From a virus, in the IMG/VR virus record IMGVR_UViG_3300030105_003769, positions 1-42,804 of that record: DNA of 42,804 bases, one strand, 5' to 3'. The position numbers and the translations under genes are program-made. The notes under the pieces were generated by a model, which saw only the letters and a list, made by a program, of their open reading frames with translations, made no database searches and was not told where the DNA came from. Each line of letters opens with the position of its first letter. The stretch's first letter is position 1. Positions 14,120-23,333 of this stretch are shown here, in pieces.

Positions 14120-15205
14120 ATGAAAAAGTTTTTTAGTGTTTTAATGATGGTGTTTTTTTGCAACGTTTTATTTGCTCAAAATGATGAGGTAAATTTAATT
14201 AAGCCAATTGTTGAAAGTCCTGCAATTACAGGAAGCCAAATGAGGACCTTTGTGGCTATGAATAATTACAAAAATTGGGGAATTATCAAGCTAGGGTTAG
14301 ATAGTACAATGAGGACAAAAACAGGAAAGGGAGTGAAAATTTGCATTTGTGATACAGGAATGCCAAACCACAGGGATTTTAATAATGGGAATATTAAATT
14401 GGCAGAAAGTTTTATTGGAGGAGATGGAGATGTAGTGGATTATAATGGACATAGTACTCATGTAGGGGGAATTATATTAGAAATTGCAAGGGAATCAGAT
14501 TTATTTTTTGCAAAAGTATTGGATAAAAATGGAGGGGGAAGTATTACAGGAGTTGCAGCCGGAATAAATTGGTGTGTTGATAGTAAAGCAGATATAATTA
14601 ATTTAAGCCTTGGAAGCTCCCAACCTTCTCCAATCATGAAAAAAGCGATTGATAGAGCAATTGAAAAGGGGATTTTAGTTATTGCAGCTGCAGGAAACGA
14701 GGGGCAAAATCCAAACGGAAACTCAATGGGTTATCCTGCTAAATATGAGGAAACGATTGCAATAGGTTCGATTAATAAGAATTTAGATGTTTCTTACTTT
14801 TCAAGTTCGGGGGAACAGGGGGATGTAGTTGCACCAGGTGAATCAATTTTAAGTACTTGGTTGAATGATGAATATATAATTTTATCCGGGACTTCAATGG
14901 CCACTCCTTTTGTAGTAGGAATGGCAGCGTTAAAAATGGAAGGTGGTTTGGATAGTGTTGATTTTGAGAGAATTTTTGAAAATTCAGCAAATGACATGAT
15001 GGATCCGGGGTTTGATAATGTAAGTTTTTGGGGATATGTAACACCAAAATTCTACAATGAAAGAGATACAAGTATTGTTGAGCCTCCGGTAGTAGAAAAC
15101 CCAAATCAAAAAATAACAAATTGGACTCCAATAATAGTTGGAGGTGTTTTTATAATTATATTGTTATTAATGTTTTTCAAAGGAAAGAAAAATGATGGTA
15201 CTTAA
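14120..15205 (+). CDS. Subtilisin-like serine protease (peptidase S8) with an N-terminal signal peptide and a C-terminal membrane anchor
   Basis: The triad is in D-H-S order: ICICDTGM, GHSTHVGG and SGTSMATPFVVG. The signal peptide is MKKFFSVLMMVFFCNVLFAQ. The C-terminal helix is WTPIIVGGVFIIILLLMFF, followed by KGKKN. The start could be 14099 or 14120. Confidence 0.85.
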   Translation: MKKFFSVLMMVFFCNVLFAQNDEVNLIKPIVESPAITGSQMRTFVAMNNYKNWGIIKLGLDSTMRTKTGKGVKICICDTGMPNHRDFNNGNIKLAESFIGGDGDVVDYNGHSTHVGGIILEIARESDLFFAKVLDKNGGGSITGVAAGINWCVDSKADIINLSLGSSQPSPIMKKAIDRAIEKGILVIAAAGNEGQNPNGNSMGYPAKYEETIAIGSINKNLDVSYFSSSGEQGDVVAPGESILSTWLNDEYIILSGTSMATPFVVGMAALKMEGGLDSVDFERIFENSANDMMDPGFDNVSFWGYVTPKFYNERDTSIVEPPVVENPNQKITNWTPIIVGGVFIIILLLMFFKGKKNDGT

Positions 15206-15264
15206 TTCAGTTGTTTTTTGTTTAGGTATTTTAGTATTAATTATTTATCATAAAAATCAAGAGA

Positions 15265-15756
15265 ATGAAACCAATTAAATTTAAAGGGGAAAATCTAACG
15301 ATAGGAGAAGGGCAAAAAGAATATAAGCAATTACCCGCTTTTGTAGATCCATCCCAACCAATAGTCCCATTTAGTTCTTGTTGGATTATGGAGGAGGAGG
15401 AAAAAGAAGAGTTTTTGAAAACGGGAAAGATTTGGGTAACTCAACTAACCTTTGGTAACAGATACGCTCCAATGCAATTAAATGTATCAAAACCAAAAGG
15501 GATTGGAAAATTTGCAGATCCAAAAGCAATGAAGGCGAAAATGGAACAGGCTGAAAAGAACATGAAAGCAAAAATAAAAGCAGAAAAAGCTATTCCTAAA
15601 TTTGAAGAAAGTGAACAAGTTGCGGAGTTGATGAAAAAAGCAAGTAGCATCCTTAAAGACATTGAACCAGGGACCAAAGATGATGTAGTAAATGAACTAA
15701 TGGAGAAACTTGAAAAGAACGTGGGAATTGAAGAAGATATTAAAATTATTAAATAA
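15265..15756 (+). CDS. Hypothetical protein with a Lys/Glu-rich C-terminal half
   Basis: 163-aa ORF. Confidence 0.55.
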   Translation: MKPIKFKGENLTIGEGQKEYKQLPAFVDPSQPIVPFSSCWIMEEEEKEEFLKTGKIWVTQLTFGNRYAPMQLNVSKPKGIGKFADPKAMKAKMEQAEKNMKAKIKAEKAIPKFEESEQVAELMKKASSILKDIEPGTKDDVVNELMEKLEKNVGIEEDIKIIK

Positions 15757-15923
15757 TGGCTACTTGTAAAAGGTGTAACGATACTGGAATTTTAGACATC
15801 CCAAAGGGCGAAAACGAAGACGTAAAAATATGTATTTGTTCAAAAGGGGTTGAATTTAGTGAAAGCGTGAAAGTATTATTTAGTAGTTTAGGTATTAATG
15901 TAAAAACAGTTTTAAAAAAGTAA
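15756..15923 (+). CDS. 55-aa CxxC..CxC protein (MATCKRCNDTGILDIPKGENEDVKICICSKG...)
   Basis: Read by hand. Its ATG overlaps the preceding TAA. Confidence 0.45.
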   Translation: MATCKRCNDTGILDIPKGENEDVKICICSKGVEFSESVKVLFSSLGINVKTVLKK

Positions 15924-15950
15924 TTAATAGCATATAAAAAATTTACAATT

Positions 15951-16607
15951 ATGGCGAAGGGAAGCCGAAAAGTAAAGGAATTAGTTAGAACGGTAGAATA
16001 TGAGGGAGAGGTGTTTGAGGTTCCGCTGACAGGCAAAGGAAAAGTATTAAGTACTGAGGGGAAAATGAAAATTGTTAAAGTTGTATGTTTTTTATATGCT
16101 ACTGATAAGTATAATTTAGTCTCTTGTTTGAATATGTGTGGGGTTAAAAGTGATACTACTTGGTATAACTGGATTGATGAGGTTGGTGAAATAGGCGAAT
16201 TATATTTAAAAGCGCAATTGGAAAAAGATAGAAGATACAGGGTACAGTTAAAGGAAAGGGGGAGAACAGTAGTGGAAAGGATGATGGATGGATATATTGT
16301 TGATTTAGTTGAGAAAAGAGAGGAGAGAGTCAATACAGGCGAAATAGACAAAGATGGAAAGGTTATTTATGGGATGCAAATATTGTCAGCAGTACAAAAA
16401 CAGATTTATATTAGACCTTCCCCTGCCATCATTAAAATGGCTGTTTTCAATGTTGATAGAGATATGTTTAAGCCGTCGATAAAAGAGGATGCAGTTGATA
16501 ATGAGTTGATGGCATCTGATATAAAAATATTGATTGAAGGTGGGAGCGTTCCACCTGTAACAGATGAGAGTGAAATTGGAGACATAAACAAGAATCCCAA
16601 TGAGTGA
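15951..16607 (+). CDS. Terminase small subunit candidate
   Basis: It lies immediately upstream of terL and overlaps it by 8 nt. It has an N-terminal HTH-like segment (YNLVSCLNMCGVKSDTTWYNWI) followed by a coiled coil. Confidence 0.55.
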   Translation: MAKGSRKVKELVRTVEYEGEVFEVPLTGKGKVLSTEGKMKIVKVVCFLYATDKYNLVSCLNMCGVKSDTTWYNWIDEVGEIGELYLKAQLEKDRRYRVQLKERGRTVVERMMDGYIVDLVEKREERVNTGEIDKDGKVIYGMQILSAVQKQIYIRPSPAIIKMAVFNVDRDMFKPSIKEDAVDNELMASDIKILIEGGSVPPVTDESEIGDINKNPNE

Positions 16608-17793
16608 AATAAAAGCGCATTTTTCCACCTCACCCGTTTTTGAATGGAATTATAACAGTAAAGCAAGGGTAAAGATTAATCAAGGTGGTACAAGTTCAGG
16701 CAAAACATATGCAATTTTACAGGTAATATTTATAAAGTTAATTCAGAAAAAAAAGATTGCAACGGTTATAGGACAAGATTTACCAAATTTAAAAAAGGGT
16801 GCAATTACTGATTTGATTGATAGGATATTGGTTAATTCAGCGTGGATGAATAATTTTGTGATTCGTTACAATAAAAGTAATAATGTACTTTATTTTAAGA
16901 ATGGGAGTAGGTTAGAATTTACTAGTTTTAAAGACTCACAGGATGCGCATAGTGGAAAAAGGGATATAGCTTTTTTTAATGAAGCAAATGGAATGCCGTG
17001 GAAGATTTATGAACAGGTAGTTATGAGAACATCTGAGGAGGTTTATATTGATTATAATCCAAGTGAGGAGTTTTGGGTACATGAGAAATTGATTGGAGAG
17101 CCAGGTGTTGAAGTGTTTTATTCTAATTTTAGTCATAATCCTTATGTTCATCAAAACATTGTAGATTATTTATTTAGCCTAAAGGAGGTTGATATAAATA
17201 CCTGGAATGTTTATGGACTGGGGAAAACAGGAGATATTACAGAGCTTGTTTTTGAAAAGGTTACTATTGTTGATGAAATGCCAACCGGGTTAAGGAGTAG
17301 AGGATATGGGATGGATTTTGGTTATAGAGCAGATCCAACGACTCTCATTGATTGCGGCCTTTTAAATGAAAGGGATATATATTTAGATGAGATAATACAC
17401 GGGTACAGGATGAAAACAAGTGAGATGGATGATAAGATGGTGGAAAAAGAGGTTTGGAGGAACAGGGGAATCTATGCAGATAATTCAGGAGTTAGGATTA
17501 TTGATGATTTATATGATTTGAATTGGAAAATAACAGGAGCTACAAAAGGCCCCGGTAGCGTTAAAGATGGAATTGATTTATTGAATGATTACAATATTCA
17601 CATTACAAGGCGAAGTATTAATATAATCAAGGAAAGGACTAGGTACAAACACAAAGTTGATAAGAAGACAGGAAAAATATTAAATGAACCAATTGATGCT
17701 TGGAATCATTGTTGGGATGCAATAAGATATTGGGGAATGGAAAATTTGCATCCAATTACCAAGCGCAAAAAAGGAATAAGAAAAGGAAATTAA
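16600..17793 (+). CDS. terL: Terminase large subunit (PBSX/Terminase_3 type)
   Basis: Walker A is GGTSSGKT and the Walker B-like motif is DIAFFNEA. The nuclease-domain motifs are YGMDFGYRADPT and WNHCWDAIRY. Confidence 0.9.
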   Translation: MSEIKAHFSTSPVFEWNYNSKARVKINQGGTSSGKTYAILQVIFIKLIQKKKIATVIGQDLPNLKKGAITDLIDRILVNSAWMNNFVIRYNKSNNVLYFKNGSRLEFTSFKDSQDAHSGKRDIAFFNEANGMPWKIYEQVVMRTSEEVYIDYNPSEEFWVHEKLIGEPGVEVFYSNFSHNPYVHQNIVDYLFSLKEVDINTWNVYGLGKTGDITELVFEKVTIVDEMPTGLRSRGYGMDFGYRADPTTLIDCGLLNERDIYLDEIIHGYRMKTSEMDDKMVEKEVWRNRGIYADNSGVRIIDDLYDLNWKITGATKGPGSVKDGIDLLNDYNIHITRRSINIIKERTRYKHKVDKKTGKILNEPIDAWNHCWDAIRYWGMENLHPITKRKKGIRKGN

Positions 17794-17808
17794 TCGAGGG
17801 TTTTTTTT

Positions 17809-17841
17809 GAGTACAGATGTAAATATTTGTACTCTTTTTTT
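17809..17841 (+). terminator. Intrinsic terminator after terL
   Basis: GAGTACA (17809-17815) pairs with TGTACTC (17828-17834), followed by T7. Confidence 0.65.
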
Positions 17842-17857
17842 ATTAGGAAAAAAACCT

Positions 17858-17865
17858 TAGATTTG
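17858..17865 (+). promoter_or_regulatory. -7 promoter box TAGATTTG (TAnnTTTG)
   Basis: An exact consensus box lies about 65 nt upstream of the ATG at 17932. No well-spaced TTTG -33 box is seen. Confidence 0.4.
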
Positions 17866-17931
17866 TATATTATTTTATTTAAAAATCTTATGAACCAACG
17901 GGACAGGTGAGTAAATTAAAAATCTTAATTG

Positions 17932-18594
17932 ATGAAAAATTTAGCAATAGCTTTAAAGAGCTTATTACTTTGTCCCCCTACCGTTCCTCAATCAATCGGA
18001 GCCTCAACCTGTTTAGAGCGTTTTGGGGAAATTCAAAAAATTATTTTGCAAAGGACATTGAATGGTGCTGTTACCAATAGTATTACCATTGCGACGAGTA
18101 ACCCCAATTTACTTGCAACATGGACTGCTTTTTTAATAGCAGGGGATGATACAAAAGCTCAGGTAACTCCTTTCATCAATGCCTTAATTAACGAGGTAGG
18201 TGATCCAATCCAAATTGGAGGAGTAGGAGCAACGGTTGGAGGGATTGTGAAAAATATTGGTTCCAATGCAAGCCCTTTTAATGGGGAGTTTCATGATGAG
18301 GAAAGGAAAGTAATGGCAGATGTAAAAGTGTACAATAAAGAAAAAGCATTATCTGTTTTTCTTTTGAACGAGCATGGAGATATAGGCGGCCTTACTGATA
18401 ATTTGACCACTCCAACCATTTTCAAAGGTATTCCATGTTTAGATACATTTTTCCTTACTGATAAGAAATTTGGAGGTAAGGCAGATGTTGATAAGGATTT
18501 TGTTTCCTGGTCATTCCTTCCAAACTGGTCTGATAAGTTTTATGTTGTTACAGCAGCAGATTTCAATCCTGTTTCTGATTTAATCAATCCTTAA
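17932..18594 (+). CDS. Hypothetical, probably structural, protein between terL and portal
   Basis: 220-aa ORF with G/T/N/A-rich virion-protein-like composition. It appears to have its own promoter box and an upstream terminator. Confidence 0.55.
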   Translation: MKNLAIALKSLLLCPPTVPQSIGASTCLERFGEIQKIILQRTLNGAVTNSITIATSNPNLLATWTAFLIAGDDTKAQVTPFINALINEVGDPIQIGGVGATVGGIVKNIGSNASPFNGEFHDEERKVMADVKVYNKEKALSVFLLNEHGDIGGLTDNLTTPTIFKGIPCLDTFFLTDKKFGGKADVDKDFVSWSFLPNWSDKFYVVTAADFNPVSDLINP

Positions 18595-18782
18595 TCTTGG
18601 ATTCTAAAAATAAAATCACTCTCTTTTGCCCTGGAATCGGCGAAAGAGAGTTTGATTTAAAACACGGGATGAGATTGGTAGAGATGAAAAATAATGGAGG
18701 TTGGGTTTTAGCTGAAAAAAAGGAGGAGGGGATAAAGCCTGTTTTCAAAAAGAAGATTAAATAATATTTTTAAGTCAAAAAG

Positions 18783-20738
18783 ATGCTAGAATTTAAAGAT
18801 ATTAAGGAGATCATATCGGGGGATAGTGAATTGAAACCCAAAAATTCTGCAATGGTCGAAAAGGCTATTTTGCACGAGGAGAGGGTTAGATTTCATTCAG
18901 AAATGACATTAGGAAAAGATGACATTGGGAGAGCTTATGATATTTTTATGAAATTTGTGGGGGGGTTACTTCCAGAGGAAAAAGTAATGATGTTTCAAAC
19001 ATTGTTCCAATTTCCGGTTGCTACTGTTCCTCTAATGGATGAAGCATATATTAGCTTAAGAAAGATTTTTGATGGTAGAAATCCGATAATAACTTATGAC
19101 TTTTCAACAAAGGAATATGAGGGAAATTGGAGAGAATACAGGGATGAGAATTTAAGTGAAAAGTTTTGGGAGGAGGAAGGTTTTGAGATGATGAAAAGCG
19201 GAATTAATAGTTTAGTTGCAGTTGATTTGCCAGAGGAACAGGAAGGGGATAGACCGGAGCCTTATGTATATTTCATTCAACTAGAAAATGTTGTTTTTGT
19301 ACACTCTGAAAATGGAGTTGACATTGAGTGGGTAATTTTCAAAATGGATGGTGAAAAATTAGGGGTGTTTGATGATACTAGTTATAGAGTTTTTGACTAT
19401 AAAAATAAGGCAATTGGAAACGAGCCAATTACAGAGAGTTTACATGATTTAGGTTATTGCCCGGTTAGATTCTTTTGGACTAGTTCAATAAGCCAGAAAA
19501 ACCCGTTGGTAAAGAAATCTCCATTGAGTTCTTTCTTAGGGAAATTGGATATGTTGTTATTTTATGAGATTGCAAACGAGCATCTTAATTTATTTGCAAG
19601 GTTTCCAATTTATTCAGCTTTTGAGGAGGATTGTGATTATGAGGACCAGGAAACGGGAAGATATTGTAAAAGCGGGTTTATCCTTCAACGAAATGGAGGC
19701 TATGTGATGAACGGGGCAAAACCTTTGGATTGTCCTGTTTGTTCCTCGAAAAAGTTAGATGGACCAGGAACTTATATTAAAATTGAGGCTCCTAATAAAA
19801 TGAATGGGAATGTTGATTTGAGAAATCCGGTCCAAATAACGAGTATTCCAAAAGATTCATTAGATTATAACAACCTTGATATAAGAGAGCGTAGGACTGA
19901 AATTTACAAGGCTCTGACAGGGTTTAATGGAATGTCGATAAATAATCAGGCAGTAAATGAGAAGCAAGTAGGGGCAATATTTGAAAGCATGGAGGCAGCA
20001 TTGAGAATGCCACAAATGAACTTTGAGAAAGTCATGAGTTGGAGTGAAAAAACAGCCTGTTTACTACGATACGGAAAAGAGATTTTTAAAGGGGTTAGCA
20101 TTAATTTAGGTACTTCACATTATGTAATGGATTCTACAAAATTGATGGAATTGTATTTACAGCACAAAGAAAAGGGGGCACCTTTTGGAGTTCTGGATAT
20201 GTGGGAAGATAGATATTATGAAAGTGAATTTAAGAATGATAATTTGAGGATGAAACGTTATGGAATAACAAAAAACTTAGATCCTTTGCGACATACTGAT
20301 AATGTGGAAGCGTTGGATATGGTTGAAAAAGGGAGAATTGATGAGGTAACGTATTTAATTAAAGCAAATTTAAGCTCTTTTATTTTGAGATTTGAAAGAG
20401 AAAATGGTATTAATATAGTTGAATTTGGAAAAAATATAGATCTTAATAAAAAAGTAGAATCAATTAATCAAGCGTTTGTTAGTTACGCTCAAGAGATGAT
20501 GGTTGTTAGTGATACAAGGAAAGAGGGGAAAAAAGAGAGTTTGGAATTATATGGGATTGGTGTGAGATCCGGAGGGATAACGCCACAACAAATTGACGAG
20601 GAGAATTTTAGGAGTGAATTGGGTTATTCTCCAATGTCAATAGATGCAATTGAAGCATGGAAAGCAGATAAAGGAATTAGAAAACCAACTACTCTAAAAT
20701 CTCAAGCAGAAACGGAGGAGGCTATAAAATCAGAATAA
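18783..20738 (+). CDS. Portal protein candidate
   Basis: 651 aa, and the first large ORF after terminase, upstream of scaffold and capsid. The call rests on position and size only. Confidence 0.55.
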   Translation: MLEFKDIKEIISGDSELKPKNSAMVEKAILHEERVRFHSEMTLGKDDIGRAYDIFMKFVGGLLPEEKVMMFQTLFQFPVATVPLMDEAYISLRKIFDGRNPIITYDFSTKEYEGNWREYRDENLSEKFWEEEGFEMMKSGINSLVAVDLPEEQEGDRPEPYVYFIQLENVVFVHSENGVDIEWVIFKMDGEKLGVFDDTSYRVFDYKNKAIGNEPITESLHDLGYCPVRFFWTSSISQKNPLVKKSPLSSFLGKLDMLLFYEIANEHLNLFARFPIYSAFEEDCDYEDQETGRYCKSGFILQRNGGYVMNGAKPLDCPVCSSKKLDGPGTYIKIEAPNKMNGNVDLRNPVQITSIPKDSLDYNNLDIRERRTEIYKALTGFNGMSINNQAVNEKQVGAIFESMEAALRMPQMNFEKVMSWSEKTACLLRYGKEIFKGVSINLGTSHYVMDSTKLMELYLQHKEKGAPFGVLDMWEDRYYESEFKNDNLRMKRYGITKNLDPLRHTDNVEALDMVEKGRIDEVTYLIKANLSSFILRFERENGINIVEFGKNIDLNKKVESINQAFVSYAQEMMVVSDTRKEGKKESLELYGIGVRSGGITPQQIDEENFRSELGYSPMSIDAIEAWKADKGIRKPTTLKSQAETEEAIKSE

Positions 20739-20760
20739 TTTAACCTTTTAAAAATATATT

Positions 20761-21123
20761 ATGTTCGACAAAGAAAATTCTAAAAACGAGACTACAAAGA
20801 AAAAAGTAGTTGCAAAAACTCCCTTAAAAATTGTGATTGATTTACCAAAATCTGCAACGGGGGAAAAGTTTGAATATGTAGTCCCTGAAAGCGAAATGGA
20901 GACAACAGCGCATGTATACCAGGAGCAGTTAAGATTTGCAAGCGATTCACCAACACGACTAAGTAAAGGACATTCACAGAAATACACCAGACAGGGATGG
21001 GAGAATTTTAGAACATATGGAATCTCACAAGGATGGACAATTGTATTATTACACGCTCCCAAAGATTGGCCTACTGAGGTTGTAGGATTGGATCAAATTG
21101 GGAGAAAGACAAAGCAACGATAA
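20761..21123 (+). CDS. Hypothetical protein
   Basis: 120-aa ORF between portal and scaffold. Confidence 0.5.
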   Translation: MFDKENSKNETTKKKVVAKTPLKIVIDLPKSATGEKFEYVVPESEMETTAHVYQEQLRFASDSPTRLSKGHSQKYTRQGWENFRTYGISQGWTIVLLHAPKDWPTEVVGLDQIGRKTKQR

Positions 21124-21171
21124 GCATTTTTTAAAAATCAAATATTTTATAACTAAAAGAGCCTAAAAGTT

Positions 21172-22128
21172 ATGTTAGAAAAAGAAATTATTATTTCAGA
21201 TCCACTATTGAAGGATTTAACAACGGAACAAATTGCAGCACTCGAAAAAATGAGTGCAAATGATGAACAAACAACTATTGACGCAAATAGGAGTAAGTTT
21301 TGGAAGGCAATTGATAACGATGTTGAGGGGATTTTTGGAGTTGGCAAAACTCCTGGTGTGAAAACTCATGAGATTCTAAAACAAGTCCTAACCGATGCCA
21401 AAGAGAAGGCAGGGAAAACGGATGAGTTAAACACTAAATTATCTGCCAATCAAATTCTTATTGGGGATCTTGAAAAGCAATTATTAGCAGGAGGAGGAGA
21501 TGATGTTTTGAAAAGTCAGATTACAAAATTGGAAGGTGAAAAACTCACTTTATCAAATGAGGTAACGAGTGTGAAAACATCATATCAAACGAAAGAACAG
21601 GAATACACGCAATTGTTAGCAGATCGAGAAGGGGATAAAGTAACATTCCAATTAGGAAGCAAATTTGGAGAAGCTGAAAAGGGGTTAAAATTCAATGAAG
21701 CAATACCAAAAGCAGTTATTGATAGAGAATTAGAAGCAGCGAGAAAGCGAGTTTTGGCAAAGGGAAAGCCAGTATTAGCGGAAAACGGAACTTTTAGTTT
21801 TCTTGATGGGAATGATGTTATTTTGAAAAACCCAAAGAAAGGATTAGAGCCTTATACTCCTGGGGAATTACTAATTGATGAGTTAACACTTAGTGGAATC
21901 CTAGATGTTAAAAGAATGAAAACAGGAGCAGGGGGAGGAGCACCACCACCAGGAGGAGGAGGTGGATCTTATGTTGATTTAAGTAGCGCAACAACTAAAG
22001 TTGAAGCAATTGGACTTATAGAAAAGAAAGTTTTGGAAAACGGGACCTCCAAAATTTCACCAAATTTTTTAAAGGAAGTTGGAGAAATGGCAAAGGCCAA
22101 TCAAGTATCTGAAACTTTCAAATCTTAA
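21172..22128 (+). CDS. Scaffolding protein candidate
   Basis: It is coiled-coil rich, contains a GGGAPPPGGGGGS linker, and lies immediately upstream of the capsid gene. Confidence 0.5.
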   Translation: MLEKEIIISDPLLKDLTTEQIAALEKMSANDEQTTIDANRSKFWKAIDNDVEGIFGVGKTPGVKTHEILKQVLTDAKEKAGKTDELNTKLSANQILIGDLEKQLLAGGGDDVLKSQITKLEGEKLTLSNEVTSVKTSYQTKEQEYTQLLADREGDKVTFQLGSKFGEAEKGLKFNEAIPKAVIDRELEAARKRVLAKGKPVLAENGTFSFLDGNDVILKNPKKGLEPYTPGELLIDELTLSGILDVKRMKTGAGGGAPPPGGGGGSYVDLSSATTKVEAIGLIEKKVLENGTSKISPNFLKEVGEMAKANQVSETFKS

Positions 22129-22183
22129 ATTATATTTTTTCATTAATGTTGGCACGGGACGCAAACAAACTAAATTTTAAAAG

Positions 22184-23239
22184 ATGAGTATTATTACTAC
22201 TAAAATGCTTGATTTCATTGAGAGATCAGGTTTTGATAAATTCGAGTCCCGACCATCACAATGGGGAGCGTGGCAATTATTTCAATCTGATACAATGGCC
22301 GGGGGTGGTATTGTAACGCCAAACCTCCAGGAGAGAGCATTGGCAGCGATTGGAAGCACCTTGAAAACTCCTGTTATTAATTATGATGGGACAATTGCAA
22401 TTAGATCAACAAGGCCATTAGTTATCCCTCAAAGTGAAAATACAACTGCCTTGGTTACAATCAGTTTCACAACTTTTGCTTTTGGGATCCGGGAATATCC
22501 TGCCTTGTATGTGAATAATTACATTACAAGAGAGGAAGATTTTGCAAACAAGATGAAGCAAAGATTATTTGCTTTGGGTAATGCGGTTGATACTGCTTGT
22601 TTGACTGCTTTGGATGCTGCAAAAACTCAAGTTCTTTCTGATACTTTGGGAGCTAGATATGGTTTAGTTGCAAATGTTGTAACCGGAGCATTGGCAGAGC
22701 AGGATTCGATTATTGGAGATTTGAATTTATTGCAGGGTGGTAATGATTTCTATGGATTTCAAAATGTTGTTGGTAATAATTCCCTTCAATCTCTTTTGAG
22801 AAACCGATTAACGGAGCAGGGGGAATTTAACCAAAGTGATAAATCTTATCAAATGGATGATAAGAAATTTTTCTTTACCAATCGGTTAGGAAATGCAGGA
22901 ACCGATAAAGCAACAGGATTTTCTGTTGAACCTGGATCTGTTGGTTTTCTTTACCAATTTGAGCCGGATTCTCTTTTGGAAACTGAAACAAGCAACCACA
23001 AATGGGGAAAAACTGTTTTACCATTATTGAACATTCCAGTAGGTACTTATACCTATGATGGTGTTGAAGATGCAACAGCAGGGGGATCTAACCCGGCAGG
23101 TGCAGCAGGTGCAGAACTTTCAAGAACTTCTTACAAAGCATATGATTTTGCAGGAATTTTTGCCTTTGTTACTGCTTATAATTCAGCTCCAGCAACATTA
23201 GCCGGTCCTGTTATGAAGTTTGCAGTTGCAAAAGTATAA
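22184..23239 (+). CDS. Major capsid protein candidate
   Basis: 351 aa, A/G/T/N-rich and nearly Cys-free. It follows the scaffold and is followed by a hairpin terminator. Confidence 0.6.
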   Translation: MSIITTKMLDFIERSGFDKFESRPSQWGAWQLFQSDTMAGGGIVTPNLQERALAAIGSTLKTPVINYDGTIAIRSTRPLVIPQSENTTALVTISFTTFAFGIREYPALYVNNYITREEDFANKMKQRLFALGNAVDTACLTALDAAKTQVLSDTLGARYGLVANVVTGALAEQDSIIGDLNLLQGGNDFYGFQNVVGNNSLQSLLRNRLTEQGEFNQSDKSYQMDDKKFFFTNRLGNAGTDKATGFSVEPGSVGFLYQFEPDSLLETETSNHKWGKTVLPLLNIPVGTYTYDGVEDATAGGSNPAGAAGAELSRTSYKAYDFAGIFAFVTAYNSAPATLAGPVMKFAVAKV

Positions 23240-23288
23240 ATATAGGCTATTCCGATAACCGTATTTGATTTTTTTAAAAGGCGAAAGG

Positions 23289-23320
23289 GGCGGTATGATT
23301 TATTTTATACCGTCTCTTTT
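23289..23320 (+). terminator. Hairpin terminator after the capsid gene
   Basis: CGGTAT (23291-23296) pairs with ATACCG (23307-23312), followed by TCTCTTTT. Confidence 0.45.
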
Positions 23321-23333
23321 CAAATAATATATT

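Noticed and set aside
15749-16351. Long minus-strand ORFs, for example 15749..16351 (200 aa), 24179..24682 (167 aa), 8889..9302, 31736..32089 and 14772..15131
   Set aside because: All lie antisense to well-supported + strand genes. They are S/L/F/P/T-rich with low complexity. This is what the complement of purine-rich sense codons produces, because it contains few stop codons. They have no leaders, motifs or family resemblance.
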